A stretch of DNA of 64,000 nt from Nitrospinaceae bacterium (GCA_046754465.1 JBHHVU010000001.1:32001-96000), one strand, 5' to 3'; shown: positions 10,912 through 20,181, counted from the stretch's first letter. Numbers and translations are program-made. The notes: generated from the sequence alone by a model not told the origin.

Positions 10912-13047
10912 TTAGTTTTGAAGCACCGCCGTGAAGGGTTCCGTGCCAACAAGCAGCAAGCCGTCCTGAGCCCGCGTTATCGCCACATAGAGCAGGTTTC
11001 GGCTTTCGGGCCGGAGGTGGGGATAATTCGATTCACTAGGTTCGACGATGCACACCGCATCGAACTCCAGTCCCTTTACCTGGTGGACGTTCGTTACGAT
11101 GACGCCCGGTTCAAAAGAGAACTGGTTGCGATAACCCAGCCTCAGCCCTTCGGGGATCATGTCTCTAAGGTCCTCCTTCAATTCCATGGCCTGCCTGGGA
11201 TACCGGCAAAGGACCGCAACCAGTTGGAAAGGATCCTGTTTCCTGAGGTCTTGTACCCAATGGGTGATGGTTTCCAGAAGGTCGTCCTTGTCCCTGGCAA
11301 CATGCCAGACGGGAGGCGGCCCTTTGCGTCCCTCCATGTCCTGCGGTTCCCCCTCGACTCGTTTGGCCAGGGTCATGATCGGGGCGGTGCACCGGTAGGA
11401 TATTTCCAGGCGGATCAAGTCCTGCTCATCCAGCTCCAGGCAATGGATGATTTTGTCCCAACCGATGAACTTTCTGGAGAAGAGAATCTTTTGGCTCACA
11501 TCCCCCACGATGGTCATGTGCCGCCGGTCTTCCACGGCATCGATCATGATGGCGAACTCCACGGGACCAAAATCCTGGGCCTCGTCAATCACCAGGTGGT
11601 CCAGCAAAGTCCTTTCTCCATTACTGCCGGGCAGCCCTCCGTTTTTCAACTGGATGATCCTCAGGATGAGAGACATGTCAAAGTAATCCAGGGCATGGTT
11701 TCGGCGATTCCTGGCAGTCAGCCGGGCTAGGTATTGCAGATGGGACCCGAGCTTGCCGGAGGGTTTCAAATAGGAACGGAGATGAGCTTCATCGGAAAGC
11801 AGATCATAAAGATCCCCAATATAATCCTGGAGTTTTTCAAGCTGATTATTTAAAAGGCCGAGGATGGAATGTTTTTCCTTTTCCCGCAAACCTGAGGAGC
11901 GGATGTCGTGGATCAAATCGCGGACCCGGGGAAGGATTGCCTTTTCACACCCCTTCCCCCAATTCTCCAGGAACCCGGGATTTTCGGATAGCGCCCGGCG
12001 GACGATCCGGCCGGTTTCCTCGACCTGCTTTTCAACCGTTCCGGCGATGACGTGCAGAATTTCTTCCGAGAATTTGATTTCCTCAACGAATCCGGGAAGG
12101 TTGTGAAACTTGAAATGGGCTTTCCCCCGGGCCGCTTTGCGGATCATAGACAAAGCCCAATGATTGAAGGTGGTCGTCTCCACTCCATCGATCCCCAGCG
12201 AGGGCAGGGTCGAACATATGTATAATTGTAGGGCCTTGCTCATGACCAGGACCCGGGTATTTTTGGGCCGGGCGGGGGAATTTTCCTGGTGCAGCAGCCA
12301 GGCCAACCGGTGCAGGGCCACGGTAGTTTTCCCCGATCCCGCCGACCCCTGAATGATCACGGGCTGGTCGGGGTCGGTGGTGATCATCTGAAACTGCTCG
12401 CGGGTGATTAAAGAAAGAATGCCGGGAAGCTTTTTTTCGCGGGAACCGATCCCCCGGGACCGGTGGGCGGCAATTTCAGCCTCCACGTCCAACCGTTCCC
12501 AACCGTTCTCCCTGCGATGGAAAACCCCTTCCGGGGAATCGATCTGAACCAGCTGTCCCGCCTCGACTTTGTAGGAACGCCGGATCTTGATGCGGCCGCT
12601 GCGTTCGCGGTCGTTGATCACTTCGAAAAATTCCTCTCCCTGCCGGTAATTGAAATAAAGGGAGGAAATAGGACCGTTCCGCCAATCCACGATTCCGGAA
12701 GGGATGTTGCCCTTTTTCCCGATCAAAAAAGCCACTTCCTGGCCGTCGTCTTCCAGGGTCACCACCCGGCCGAAATAGGGTTCCTGAATCAATTCCATCA
12801 AGGTCCGGTCGCTGTCCTTGCGTATACGGAATACCTGGTGGGCCACCGCTTCGTCCGATACCAGGGGCTGCCTCTCTTCGGGGTTCCATTCGTTGACCAC
12901 CCGCCGGGTCAGTTCCCGGGCCATTCGATTGGCGGAAATTTTCGCGTCGCGTACCTGGGGAAGCTCCTCGCACAAGGACTCTATCGTCTCACGGAAGCGT
13001 TGTTCTTCCTCCTCAATGAGCTTTTTGTCTGCTTCGGAAAGTTCCAT
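10912..13047 (-). CDS. HelD-like SF1 helicase/ATPase (RNA polymerase recycling family)
   Basis: PYFGRV, VDWRNGP (DWRAP-like), QGSAGSGKTTVALHRLAWL, IDEAQD, KGLEFD, LYVAITRA. Confidence 0.8.
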   Translation of the reverse strand: MELSEADKKLIEEEEQRFRETIESLCEELPQVRDAKISANRMARELTRRVVNEWNPEERQPLVSDEAVAHQVFRIRKDSDRTLMELIQEPYFGRVVTLEDDGQEVAFLIGKKGNIPSGIVDWRNGPISSLYFNYRQGEEFFEVINDRERSGRIKIRRSYKVEAGQLVQIDSPEGVFHRRENGWERLDVEAEIAAHRSRGIGSREKKLPGILSLITREQFQMITTDPDQPVIIQGSAGSGKTTVALHRLAWLLHQENSPARPKNTRVLVMSKALQLYICSTLPSLGIDGVETTTFNHWALSMIRKAARGKAHFKFHNLPGFVEEIKFSEEILHVIAGTVEKQVEETGRIVRRALSENPGFLENWGKGCEKAILPRVRDLIHDIRSSGLREKEKHSILGLLNNQLEKLQDYIGDLYDLLSDEAHLRSYLKPSGKLGSHLQYLARLTARNRRNHALDYFDMSLILRIIQLKNGGLPGSNGERTLLDHLVIDEAQDFGPVEFAIMIDAVEDRRHMTIVGDVSQKILFSRKFIGWDKIIHCLELDEQDLIRLEISYRCTAPIMTLAKRVEGEPQDMEGRKGPPPVWHVARDKDDLLETITHWVQDLRKQDPFQLVAVLCRYPRQAMELKEDLRDMIPEGLRLGYRNQFSFEPGVIVTNVHQVKGLEFDAVCIVEPSESNYPHLRPESRNLLYVAITRAQDGLLLVGTEPFTAVLQN

Positions 13048-13295
13048 ACTTGCCCTAAAATGGGTGGAACGGCGTCTCCCCGCCCGCGTGGGATTAAAAA
13101 CTTATTAATTTAAAGGAGAACCTGTTTGAGGGTCAATGATAAATTCAACCCGGTTCGTTTAAATTTTCTCTGGGGGTCACCGGGCAAGGCGGGCGCTCCC
13201 TAAAGTAAACCTTTTAAACCCCTGTTTTTTTTTATATGATAAAGATAAAAATTTACCCTGATTATAATTTTTAGCATCTGCATCCAGGAGTCATC

Positions 13296-14198
13296 ATGAA
13301 AACATATGAAGATCTGGCGGGTGATGGCGGGTCCAATATCATCGACCAGGTGGTCTCGCAAAGAGAAAAACTGCGCTCCCGGCTGGATAAAATAAAACAT
13401 AAGGTCGCATTGATGAGCGGCAAGGGGGGCGTGGGTAAAAGCTCCATCACCGCGAATATCGCGGCTTGCCTGGCAGATCGGGGATATTCCGTGGGAATCC
13501 TCGATGCCGACCTGAACGGCCCGAGTATCGGACACTTGCTGGGGGTCAAAAACAAACAGAAACTCAAGATCGACGATGAAGGCGTCTACCCCGGGGAGGG
13601 TTTCATGGGCATCCGGATCATGTCCATGGACATGCTGGTGGCCAGCCCCGACGCGCCGGTGATGTGGACCGAGGAAAAAGGCGCGACCGCCGTTTGGGTC
13701 AGCACCATGGAGTCGACAGCACTGCGGGAATTGCTGGCGGACACCAACTGGGGAGAACTGGATTTCCTCCTGGTCGATATGCCTCCCGGCAGCGACCGGA
13801 TCGATAATATCCGCGACCTGATTCCGGAACTCGAGGGCGTCGTAGAGATCACCATCCCCTCCCCTCTCTCACAGCACATCGTTTCCAAATCCATCACCAA
13901 AAATACCAAGATGGGCGTAAACATCATCGGGCTCATCGAAAACATGGCCTCCTACGTGTGTCCTCATTGCGAACAGGAGGGAAAACTTTTTGAAGGCCAG
14001 GACATCCTGGAATTCGCCAAGCGGAAAGGGATTCCCTTCATCGGCAAAATTCCCTTCGACACCCGCATGCCGCGGCAAACCGATTCGGGATCGCTTTTTT
14101 ACGCCGATCACAAGGATTCCGTTACCGGCAAGGCCATTGCCTCAACCGTGGACTATCTTTTGAACTTTATCGATAAAAATTCCAAAAAGGGGGAGTGA
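13296..14198 (+). CDS. Mrp/NBP35 family P-loop ATPase (divergent, no DUF59 domain)
   Basis: SGKGGVGKSS, DADLNGPS, VDMPPG, IENMA..CPHC. Confidence 0.88.
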   Translation: MKTYEDLAGDGGSNIIDQVVSQREKLRSRLDKIKHKVALMSGKGGVGKSSITANIAACLADRGYSVGILDADLNGPSIGHLLGVKNKQKLKIDDEGVYPGEGFMGIRIMSMDMLVASPDAPVMWTEEKGATAVWVSTMESTALRELLADTNWGELDFLLVDMPPGSDRIDNIRDLIPELEGVVEITIPSPLSQHIVSKSITKNTKMGVNIIGLIENMASYVCPHCEQEGKLFEGQDILEFAKRKGIPFIGKIPFDTRMPRQTDSGSLFYADHKDSVTGKAIASTVDYLLNFIDKNSKKGE

Positions 14199-14632
14199 TG
14201 AAATTCCTTTGTATCCCATGCGACGAGCAGATGGAAACGCAGACCGACGGCATCATGCCGGACGATTCCAAAAACCTCGCCATGAAATTCAAATGCAAAA
14301 AATGCGGTCACTCGATCGCCATGTTGACCAATAAATTCGAAACCGAATTCGTGAGCAAGCTGGGCGTGGAGATGGGAGGCGCGTCCGGCGAGGGCAAAGG
14401 ACCGCTCAGCATGGTGGGTTCTCAACTCGCGGAAGCAAAAAAAGAACTGAGCAAGACCAAACCGGAAGATAACCTCATCTGGACCGAGGAAGCCCAGGAA
14501 CGCATCAAAAAGGTGCCCTTCTTCGTCCGTAACATGGCCAAAAAGACGGTGATCAATTTCGCGATCGAAAAAGGCGTGACCCTGATCGACGGCAAACTCA
14601 TGGACGAAGTGCGCGAAAAAGTCGGCATGTAG
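14195..14632 (+). CDS. Small protein: N-terminal CxxC...CxxC ribbon plus C-terminal PCP_red-like domain
   Basis: CIPC...CKKC; C-terminus WTEEAQERIKKVPFFVRNMAKK..FA.EKG resembles the protochlorophyllide reductase C-terminal domain; overlaps the upstream stop. Confidence 0.75.
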   Translation: MMKFLCIPCDEQMETQTDGIMPDDSKNLAMKFKCKKCGHSIAMLTNKFETEFVSKLGVEMGGASGEGKGPLSMVGSQLAEAKKELSKTKPEDNLIWTEEAQERIKKVPFFVRNMAKKTVINFAIEKGVTLIDGKLMDEVREKVGM

Positions 14633-14744
14633 GCGGCCCCACCGCCGGGGAATAGGCCGGGACCTTTTCTGCTTTCAGTGTTTTTTGAGCAGAGGAAAGG
14701 GGAGTGTTTTTTCCGTCTACTGTCTTCGGTCCGCCTTGTTTTTG

Positions 14745-14927
14745 ACAGGATGAACAGGATTAAAATCCTGATTTTTTCTCCCCGTTCCTGAAGGGGGCGG
14801 AGTCCCTCCGAAGGCAGATGGACATGCGTAATATGGCGGACCCAGATCAATAGGCGGTCTGGATTGACCTATCTCCCTCCCCCGGTGCGGGGGGATTTTC
14901 CCATTTTGAACATCCTGCCGATCCTGT
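14745..14927. repeat. Inverted pair of 9-bp-periodic ACAGGAT/ATCCTG repeats
   Basis: ACAGGATgaACAGGAT (14745-14760) versus ATCCTGccgATCCTGT (14912-14927). Confidence 0.6.
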
Positions 14928-15102
14928 GCCCCCTCTTTCCGTGACCGCCACCGGCGGCCCGTCCCACGGGCGGGCAAGTTGCAGGTGCCGGAGAGATGCA
15001 GGCATGAGTAGACTGAACCCTTGCTTGCCCTTCCCCTACGAGGATGAAAAGGACCTCCAGAGGAATCAGTTTCTTTCGTTATAGAGGCTATAGAATTTTC
15101 TA

Positions 15103-16065
15103 ATGAACAACGATTGGAAAGAGTTTGAGCATTTAGTCCACCTTATTGAGCAGTCCATATCCCCTGACTCAGTTGTTGAGCATGACGTTTATTTACCGGT
15201 GATCGGTTCGCAAAGTGGACGAACCCGACAATGCGACGTGGTAATTCGGTCGGGGCAAAAGCCAAGAGAAACCATCACCATCGTTGAGGTGCAGGATCGA
15301 ACATCCAAACCCAACATAACCATCTTTGGGGGCTGGATCGAAAAATTAAAGGAGGTCGGTGCTCAACACCTTATCTGTGTCTCCCGCCACGATTTTCCGA
15401 CCAGCATTAAGGAAAAGGCAGTTGGGCTTGGCAATACTGTTAGATTGATAATGCTCAAGGAGCTTAACGCCGAAAGCATTCCGATTAATATTGTATTCAC
15501 ACATTGTGATTTTGATTTGAAAGAAGTGAAAAAAGCCAGCCTTACCTACTCAAGATCTGAAGTGGAGGAGTTGGGGATAGGGGATGCCTTAAAAAAGAAA
15601 TGCGAGGATGGTGTTCAGGGTGATTCGAACGAACAATGTTGGTCATTGGATAAAAACGAACTGGTTTCTCTGTACCTTCTTTGCCAGGATTTTTACGTTC
15701 GTCCTGATGGGGAGAACGAGGGAGAAGGAAGAATAGTCTTCGATATGAAAGAAGGCCCCGAGCTATTCATGTATTTAGAGGATCATTTTTTCAGGGCTGG
15801 TTTGGATTGCAGTTTTTTGTGGACATATGAGGAGACCGAAATACCAATATCGGTTCTTTCTTATGAGCAAAATGAAGCAGGCGTACTCGCGTGGGTCGCT
15901 GAGATTTCATACGAATTTCGGACAGGTTTAGTTTCCACCAAGGTTCCTATCGTTAAGACTGATGGGTTATATAGGGTTGATAGTATGCTCGTAAAATTGC
16001 CTCCAGAAGTCAGGCTATCGATCAAACTTCGCACCCTGGCATGTCATTCGGATGAAAAGATTTAA
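15103..16065 (+). CDS. Mrr-like PD-(D/E)xK restriction endonuclease domain with unknown C-terminal domain
   Basis: WKEFEHLV...RQCDVV...IVEVQDR...GAQHLICVS.HDF pattern typical of Mrr_cat; visibly AT-richer than the flanks. Confidence 0.7.
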   Translation: MNNDWKEFEHLVHLIEQSISPDSVVEHDVYLPVIGSQSGRTRQCDVVIRSGQKPRETITIVEVQDRTSKPNITIFGGWIEKLKEVGAQHLICVSRHDFPTSIKEKAVGLGNTVRLIMLKELNAESIPINIVFTHCDFDLKEVKKASLTYSRSEVEELGIGDALKKKCEDGVQGDSNEQCWSLDKNELVSLYLLCQDFYVRPDGENEGEGRIVFDMKEGPELFMYLEDHFFRAGLDCSFLWTYEETEIPISVLSYEQNEAGVLAWVAEISYEFRTGLVSTKVPIVKTDGLYRVDSMLVKLPPEVRLSIKLRTLACHSDEKI

Positions 16066-16184
16066 ACCGCGAAACAGGGAAAGGGTCAGAAACGGAAACG
16101 AGTCAAGTCCTTTCTTAGCTACAACTGTAATAGGGTTGGTCTGATTGCCTGGATTTTAAAATAACCTATTAGGGCTATACTTTA

Positions 16185-16210
16185 ATCCTGCCGGTCCTGT
16201 CAATCCTGCC
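16185..16210. repeat. Triple 9-bp-periodic (A/G)TCCTG repeat
   Basis: ATCCTG at 16185, GTCCTG at 16194, ATCCTG at 16203. Confidence 0.55.
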
Positions 16211-16332
16211 CCACCTCAATCCGTCTTTCCGTGGATGGCCCAGTTTCCTCGCAATGAGTCAGCCGCCTCCCCTGCCCTTCCTCCTTGCAATCCTCCGCAA
16301 AAACCCTGTCACAATTTTCAAGAATTATACCC

Positions 16333-16364
16333 TTGACTCCGTACAATGGTACGGGGTGTATATT
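16333..16364 (+). promoter_or_regulatory. MerR-type promoter/operator
   Basis: TTGACT-CCGTAC-aatg-GTACGG-ggtg-TATATT: dyad half-sites match the Tn501/Tn21 mer operator; elongated 20-bp spacer. Confidence 0.9.
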
Positions 16365-16380
16365 CTTTACAGGGTGAATT

Positions 16381-16833
16381 ATGAAGACAATGACAATCAG
16401 CAAAATCGCAACAGAAGCCGGTGTGGGAGTCGAAACGGTTCGTTTTTACGAAAAAAAGGGTCTGGTCGATCAGCCGCCCAAACCCGCCTCTGGCGGCTTC
16501 CGGGTTTACCCGGTTGAAACCGCGGAACGAATCCGCTTTATCCGCCAGGCTCAGGAGCTTGGGTTCTCCCTTCGCGAAATAAAGGAATTGTTGTCCCTGC
16601 GGATGGACCCCGCAGCCGATTGCGCCGATGTGCGGGAGCGGGCGCGGGTCAAACTCGACGAGATAACCCGAAAGATCGCGGTCATGAAAGGAATCCAAAC
16701 GGCTCTTGAAAAACTGATCGCGGCCTGTCCCGGCCAGGGGGCACTGCAGGTGTGCTCGATCATCGACGCTATTGAGGCCCCTAAAATAACCGGGACAGCG
16801 TTAAAAAAAAGAAGGAGAAAAAATCATGAATGA
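16381..16833 (+). CDS. MerR family metal-responsive regulator (Hg-MerR-like three-Cys pattern)
   Basis: MTISKIA..AGVGVETVRFYEKKGL HTH; C81 plus CPGQGALQVC (C-X8-C). Confidence 0.9.
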   Translation: MKTMTISKIATEAGVGVETVRFYEKKGLVDQPPKPASGGFRVYPVETAERIRFIRQAQELGFSLREIKELLSLRMDPAADCADVRERARVKLDEITRKIAVMKGIQTALEKLIAACPGQGALQVCSIIDAIEAPKITGTALKKRRRKNHE

Positions 16834-17095
16834 CAAACGCAAAGTAGAAATCTTCAGTGCCGGATGTGCGGTTTGCGAAGAAGCGGTTTCCGTTGTGAAG
16901 CGTCTGGCCTGTTCATCCTGTGTGGTAACCGTGCTGGACATGAAAAACCCGGAGGTCGCTGAAAGAGCAAAAAATCTGGGTATCGCTTCTGTCCCGGCTG
17001 TAGTGATTGACGGGCGGCTTGCGGAGTGCTGCGGCCAGGGAATCGATGAAGAAACCCTTAAGGCCGCCGGTCTGGGGCAACCTCTGGGTAATTGA
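16826..17095 (+). CDS. Small Cys-rich thioredoxin/glutaredoxin-fold protein
   Basis: VEIFSAGCAVC, CSSC, cis-Pro motif SVPAVVIDG, terminal CC; overlaps the merR stop. Confidence 0.8.
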   Translation: MNDKRKVEIFSAGCAVCEEAVSVVKRLACSSCVVTVLDMKNPEVAERAKNLGIASVPAVVIDGRLAECCGQGIDEETLKAAGLGQPLGN

Positions 17096-17126
17096 GAATC
17101 CCTCAAAACCTTATGGAGATCTGAAA

Positions 17127-17477
17127 ATGTCCTATCATCTGAAAGCCGCTTCGATCATGAAAACCCTGGGGAGCATTCTTTTTGCCCTGTTCCTCGGGGC
17201 AGCGGCCGCCGGGGCGCAAGAGGCGAAGGCCGTCTACAAGGTCTATGTCGATGGTCTTTCCTGTCCTTTTTGCACTTATGGCATAGAAAAAAAGTTTAGT
17301 ACGGTTAACGGTGTTGAAAAAATCGAGGTCGACCTTAAGACGGGGACGACCCTTATCACAATGGCCGACGGAAAAACCCTGGATGAAAAGACCGCCAGGA
17401 AAACCGTGGAAGCCGCGGGCTTCAGCCTCCGCGATTTCAAACAAGTCCCGGGTCCGGAAAACAAAGGGAAAAAATAA
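17127..17477 (+). CDS. Exported heavy-metal-associated (HMA, MerP/CopZ-like) protein
   Basis: Signal peptide followed by VDGLSCPFC; GGAG RBS upstream of ATG 17127. Confidence 0.85.
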   Translation: MSYHLKAASIMKTLGSILFALFLGAAAAGAQEAKAVYKVYVDGLSCPFCTYGIEKKFSTVNGVEKIEVDLKTGTTLITMADGKTLDEKTARKTVEAAGFSLRDFKQVPGPENKGKK

Positions 17478-17482
17478 AAGGC

Positions 17483-18412
17483 ATGGTTTTGAGAAGCATT
17501 GACCTGGAGAAAAGGATCATCAGGACAATAGGGGGGGCCTTCACGTGTTTTTTATTGATTTGTGCTGGAGCCGCCTGGGGTGCTCCGATTACTTTCAACA
17601 CGGCCCTCCCGGTCGCGGAGGATGAATTTATATTCCGGGAACAATTTGTCTTCGATCAGTCGGGCGACGACCCAAGTGGCGCGGACCGGGATCGGGAGGC
17701 ATTTGCCGCTGTTTCGGTCCTTGGATACGGAGTTACAAGCGACTTGGCCCTTTTCGGGGTCCTGCCCTATGTGGATAAAAGTCTGGAAATTACCTCAATG
17801 GGCGGGCGCAACACCCGAGACACAAGCGGCCTAGGCGATATAACCCTGTTCGGCCGGTATACGATATTTAAAGACAACATTCCGGGGCGCACCTTTCGTG
17901 TCGCGCCGTTTGCCGGTGTGAAGCTTCCTACCGGGGAGGATGATAAAACCGACGGATTGGGCCGCCTTCCCCCTAGCGTCCAGGCCGGATCAGGGTCCAC
18001 GGACCCTTTCGGCGGGCTTGTGGCAACCTATCAAACACTCGACTTTGAAATTGATGCCCAGGCCAGTTACAAGATCAACACCGAGGCCAACAATTTTGAG
18101 TTTGGTGATGTCGGCCGCCTTGACGTTTCTCTTCAATATCGTCTTTGGCCCCGCATCCTGGGAAGCGGTGTTCCCGGTTTCCTCTATGGTGTCTTGGAAG
18201 GAAATCTCATCCACCAGAATAAAAACCGGACTACCGGAGTCAAAGACCCTAATTCCGGCGGCACCACCCTGTTTCTTGCACCCGGACTGCAATACGTGAC
18301 CAAACGGTGGATTGTGGAAGGCGTGGTGCAAATTCCCGTGGTTCAGGACCTCAACGGGACAGCCCTGGAGAAGGACTACGTTGTCCGCTTCGGCTTCCGA
18401 TTCAACTTCTGA
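17483..18412 (+). CDS. Putative outer-membrane beta-barrel (MetA-pathway/transporter-like)
   Basis: Signal peptide, GLGDITL, KLPTG, GSGSTD, C-terminal FGFRFNF. Confidence 0.75.
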   Translation: MVLRSIDLEKRIIRTIGGAFTCFLLICAGAAWGAPITFNTALPVAEDEFIFREQFVFDQSGDDPSGADRDREAFAAVSVLGYGVTSDLALFGVLPYVDKSLEITSMGGRNTRDTSGLGDITLFGRYTIFKDNIPGRTFRVAPFAGVKLPTGEDDKTDGLGRLPPSVQAGSGSTDPFGGLVATYQTLDFEIDAQASYKINTEANNFEFGDVGRLDVSLQYRLWPRILGSGVPGFLYGVLEGNLIHQNKNRTTGVKDPNSGGTTLFLAPGLQYVTKRWIVEGVVQIPVVQDLNGTALEKDYVVRFGFRFNF

Positions 18413-18428
18413 GAAAGATACAACGGAT

Positions 18429-19406
18429 ATGAAACGTAAAACCATAATAGTTCTGGGAATCCCGTTATTTATTGCAGCAGCTATTCTTGCTTTTGGATGT
18501 ACGGCCTTCATGCCTTCGGAAAAAGAAACCGGATACAGGTTCGCCGCCGCTTGGGGTAAAAAGGGAAGCGGCCCGGGAGAATTCAACGATCCGACGGGGA
18601 TCGCCGTCAACGATCATGAGGTATTTATTTCCGATTCCCGAAATTCCCGAATACAGGTATTCGACCTTGAGGGAAATTTCAAGCATCAATTCGGTACACG
18701 CGGAAAAGAGCCAGGCCAACTGGGCCGGCCCATGAATCTGACGATTGCCCACAACGAGCTTTATGTGGCGGACTACTGGAATGATCATATCGAGGTCTTT
18801 ACCCTCGATGGGACACATAAAAGAACCATCGGTCATTCAGGCTCCGGGCCGGGGGAATTTGATTCGCCCGGCGGCGTTGCCGTTGCTCCCAACGGTGATT
18901 TGTTCGTCGCCGATTTTTACAATCAGAGGATTCAAAAACTTCGGCCCGGCGGGAGTTTCCTTCGTCAATGGGGAGAAACCGGTAAAACAGGTATCTGGGC
19001 GGGGAAATTCAATTATCCCACGGATGTGGCGCTGGGGCCGGATGGGTCTCTTTATGTAGCCGACGGCTATAATGACCGCGTCCAGGTGTTCTCACCTGAT
19101 GGCGACTTTTCCCGCAAATGGGGCGGTCCGTTTGCCATGAATATTTATGGTCCCTTTAAGGGATGGTTTGCCACTGTGACTGGTATCACCGTGGATAAAG
19201 CCGGGAATGTGTTGGTCGCGGATTTTTACAACAATCGTATCCAGAAATTTTCTCCGGATGGGACTTTTCTCACGGCCTTGGGAGAAGAAGGTTCATCTCC
19301 CGGCCAATTCAACCACCCGATAGCGGTGGCGGTAACGGATGATGGTAACGTTTTCGTTGCAGACTATGGGAATAACCGCATTCAGAAGTGGGAGATGAAG
19401 AATTGA
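18429..19406 (+). CDS. NHL-repeat beta-propeller, probable lipoprotein
   Basis: Six GxxPGxFxxPxGxAV...VADxxNxRIQ repeats; N-terminal hydrophobic stretch ending AFGC. Confidence 0.85.
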   Translation: MKRKTIIVLGIPLFIAAAILAFGCTAFMPSEKETGYRFAAAWGKKGSGPGEFNDPTGIAVNDHEVFISDSRNSRIQVFDLEGNFKHQFGTRGKEPGQLGRPMNLTIAHNELYVADYWNDHIEVFTLDGTHKRTIGHSGSGPGEFDSPGGVAVAPNGDLFVADFYNQRIQKLRPGGSFLRQWGETGKTGIWAGKFNYPTDVALGPDGSLYVADGYNDRVQVFSPDGDFSRKWGGPFAMNIYGPFKGWFATVTGITVDKAGNVLVADFYNNRIQKFSPDGTFLTALGEEGSSPGQFNHPIAVAVTDDGNVFVADYGNNRIQKWEMKN

Positions 19407-19473
19407 GGTCGTTGAACATCTTTAGTCAACCGAGATGCAGGCAAGCGGAGCCTGCTAATGGGTGACCCCATTG

Positions 19474-20181
19474 CTATTGCACGCAGCGAAAGCCCACGTA
19501 GTGAAATTTGTGGATCGGGAGGCTGGGGATGCGGTGTGCACTCCGCAGGCTGACCGGTGAATTGCGCCACGACCCTCCTCGAACCACTTTCCCCATGGCG
19601 CCGAAATTACTGGATGTCCATTCCCAAACGTTGCCAGCCATATCGTAGAGTCCGTACCGGTTCGGTTTCTTCTCACCCACGGGATGGGTCTGTTTTTCCG
19701 AATTGCCTTTATACCAGGCATACCGGCCGTCCATATCGGCTCCCCAGTAATAGGGGGTTGCGGAGCCCGCCTTGGCGGCTTTTTCCCACTCCCATTCGGT
19801 CGGCAGGCGTTTCCCTGCCTTCCTGCAATACTTGTTGGCGTCGAACCAGGTCACGTCCTCCACCGGGCGATTCGCGCCTTTGAAGAAGGCGGGATTTTTC
19901 CCCATCCTCCTTTCGAATGCTTCCTGGGTTACCTCGTGGCGGTCGATATGATACGTTTCCAGGAATACGCTTTTCAGGGAATCGGGTTTTCCAGCCATGA
20001 AATTTCCGGAAGGGATCGGAACCATACCACCTATATCCCCATTCCCCCACACTGGGGCCGATGTGGAAAGTAAAATCCAACCCAGAACAAGCTGTACGGA
20101 TTTTTTCAAAACGCGGTTCGCGGGAAAGTCCCAGGGGACATTTAACCAAAATCCATTTCCCGGCCGGAAGCACTGAACCAT
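19474..20181 (-). CDS. Formylglycine-generating-enzyme (FGE-sulfatase/SUMF1) domain protein
   Basis: HEVT, RLPTEWEWEKAA, YGLYDMAGNVWEW, RGGSW, GFRC; true start may lie further downstream. Confidence 0.88.
   Translation of the reverse strand: MVQCFRPGNGFWLNVPWDFPANRVLKKSVQLVLGWILLSTSAPVWGNGDIGGMVPIPSGNFMAGKPDSLKSVFLETYHIDRHEVTQEAFERRMGKNPAFFKGANRPVEDVTWFDANKYCRKAGKRLPTEWEWEKAAKAGSATPYYWGADMDGRYAWYKGNSEKQTHPVGEKKPNRYGLYDMAGNVWEWTSSNFGAMGKVVRGGSWRNSPVSLRSAHRIPSLPIHKFHYVGFRCVQ

Noticed and set aside
14717..14977. Small ORF containing QDRQD/NPVHPV
   Set aside because: The peptide pattern is simply the translation of the ACAGGAT repeats; no RBS or domain
15078..16124. Integron cassette reading of the nuclease gene (CGTTATAG before the start, CTACAAC after the stop)
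   Set aside because: Core sites are imperfect, no attC-like palindrome could be built, and no integrase is present
16381..19406. Canonical mercury-resistance transposon
   Set aside because: No merA/merT, transposase, resolvase or terminal inverted repeats
19474..19600. FGE/C-type-lectin C-terminus as a diversity-generating retroelement target
   Set aside because: No second near-identical copy (template repeat) and no reverse transcriptase in the window
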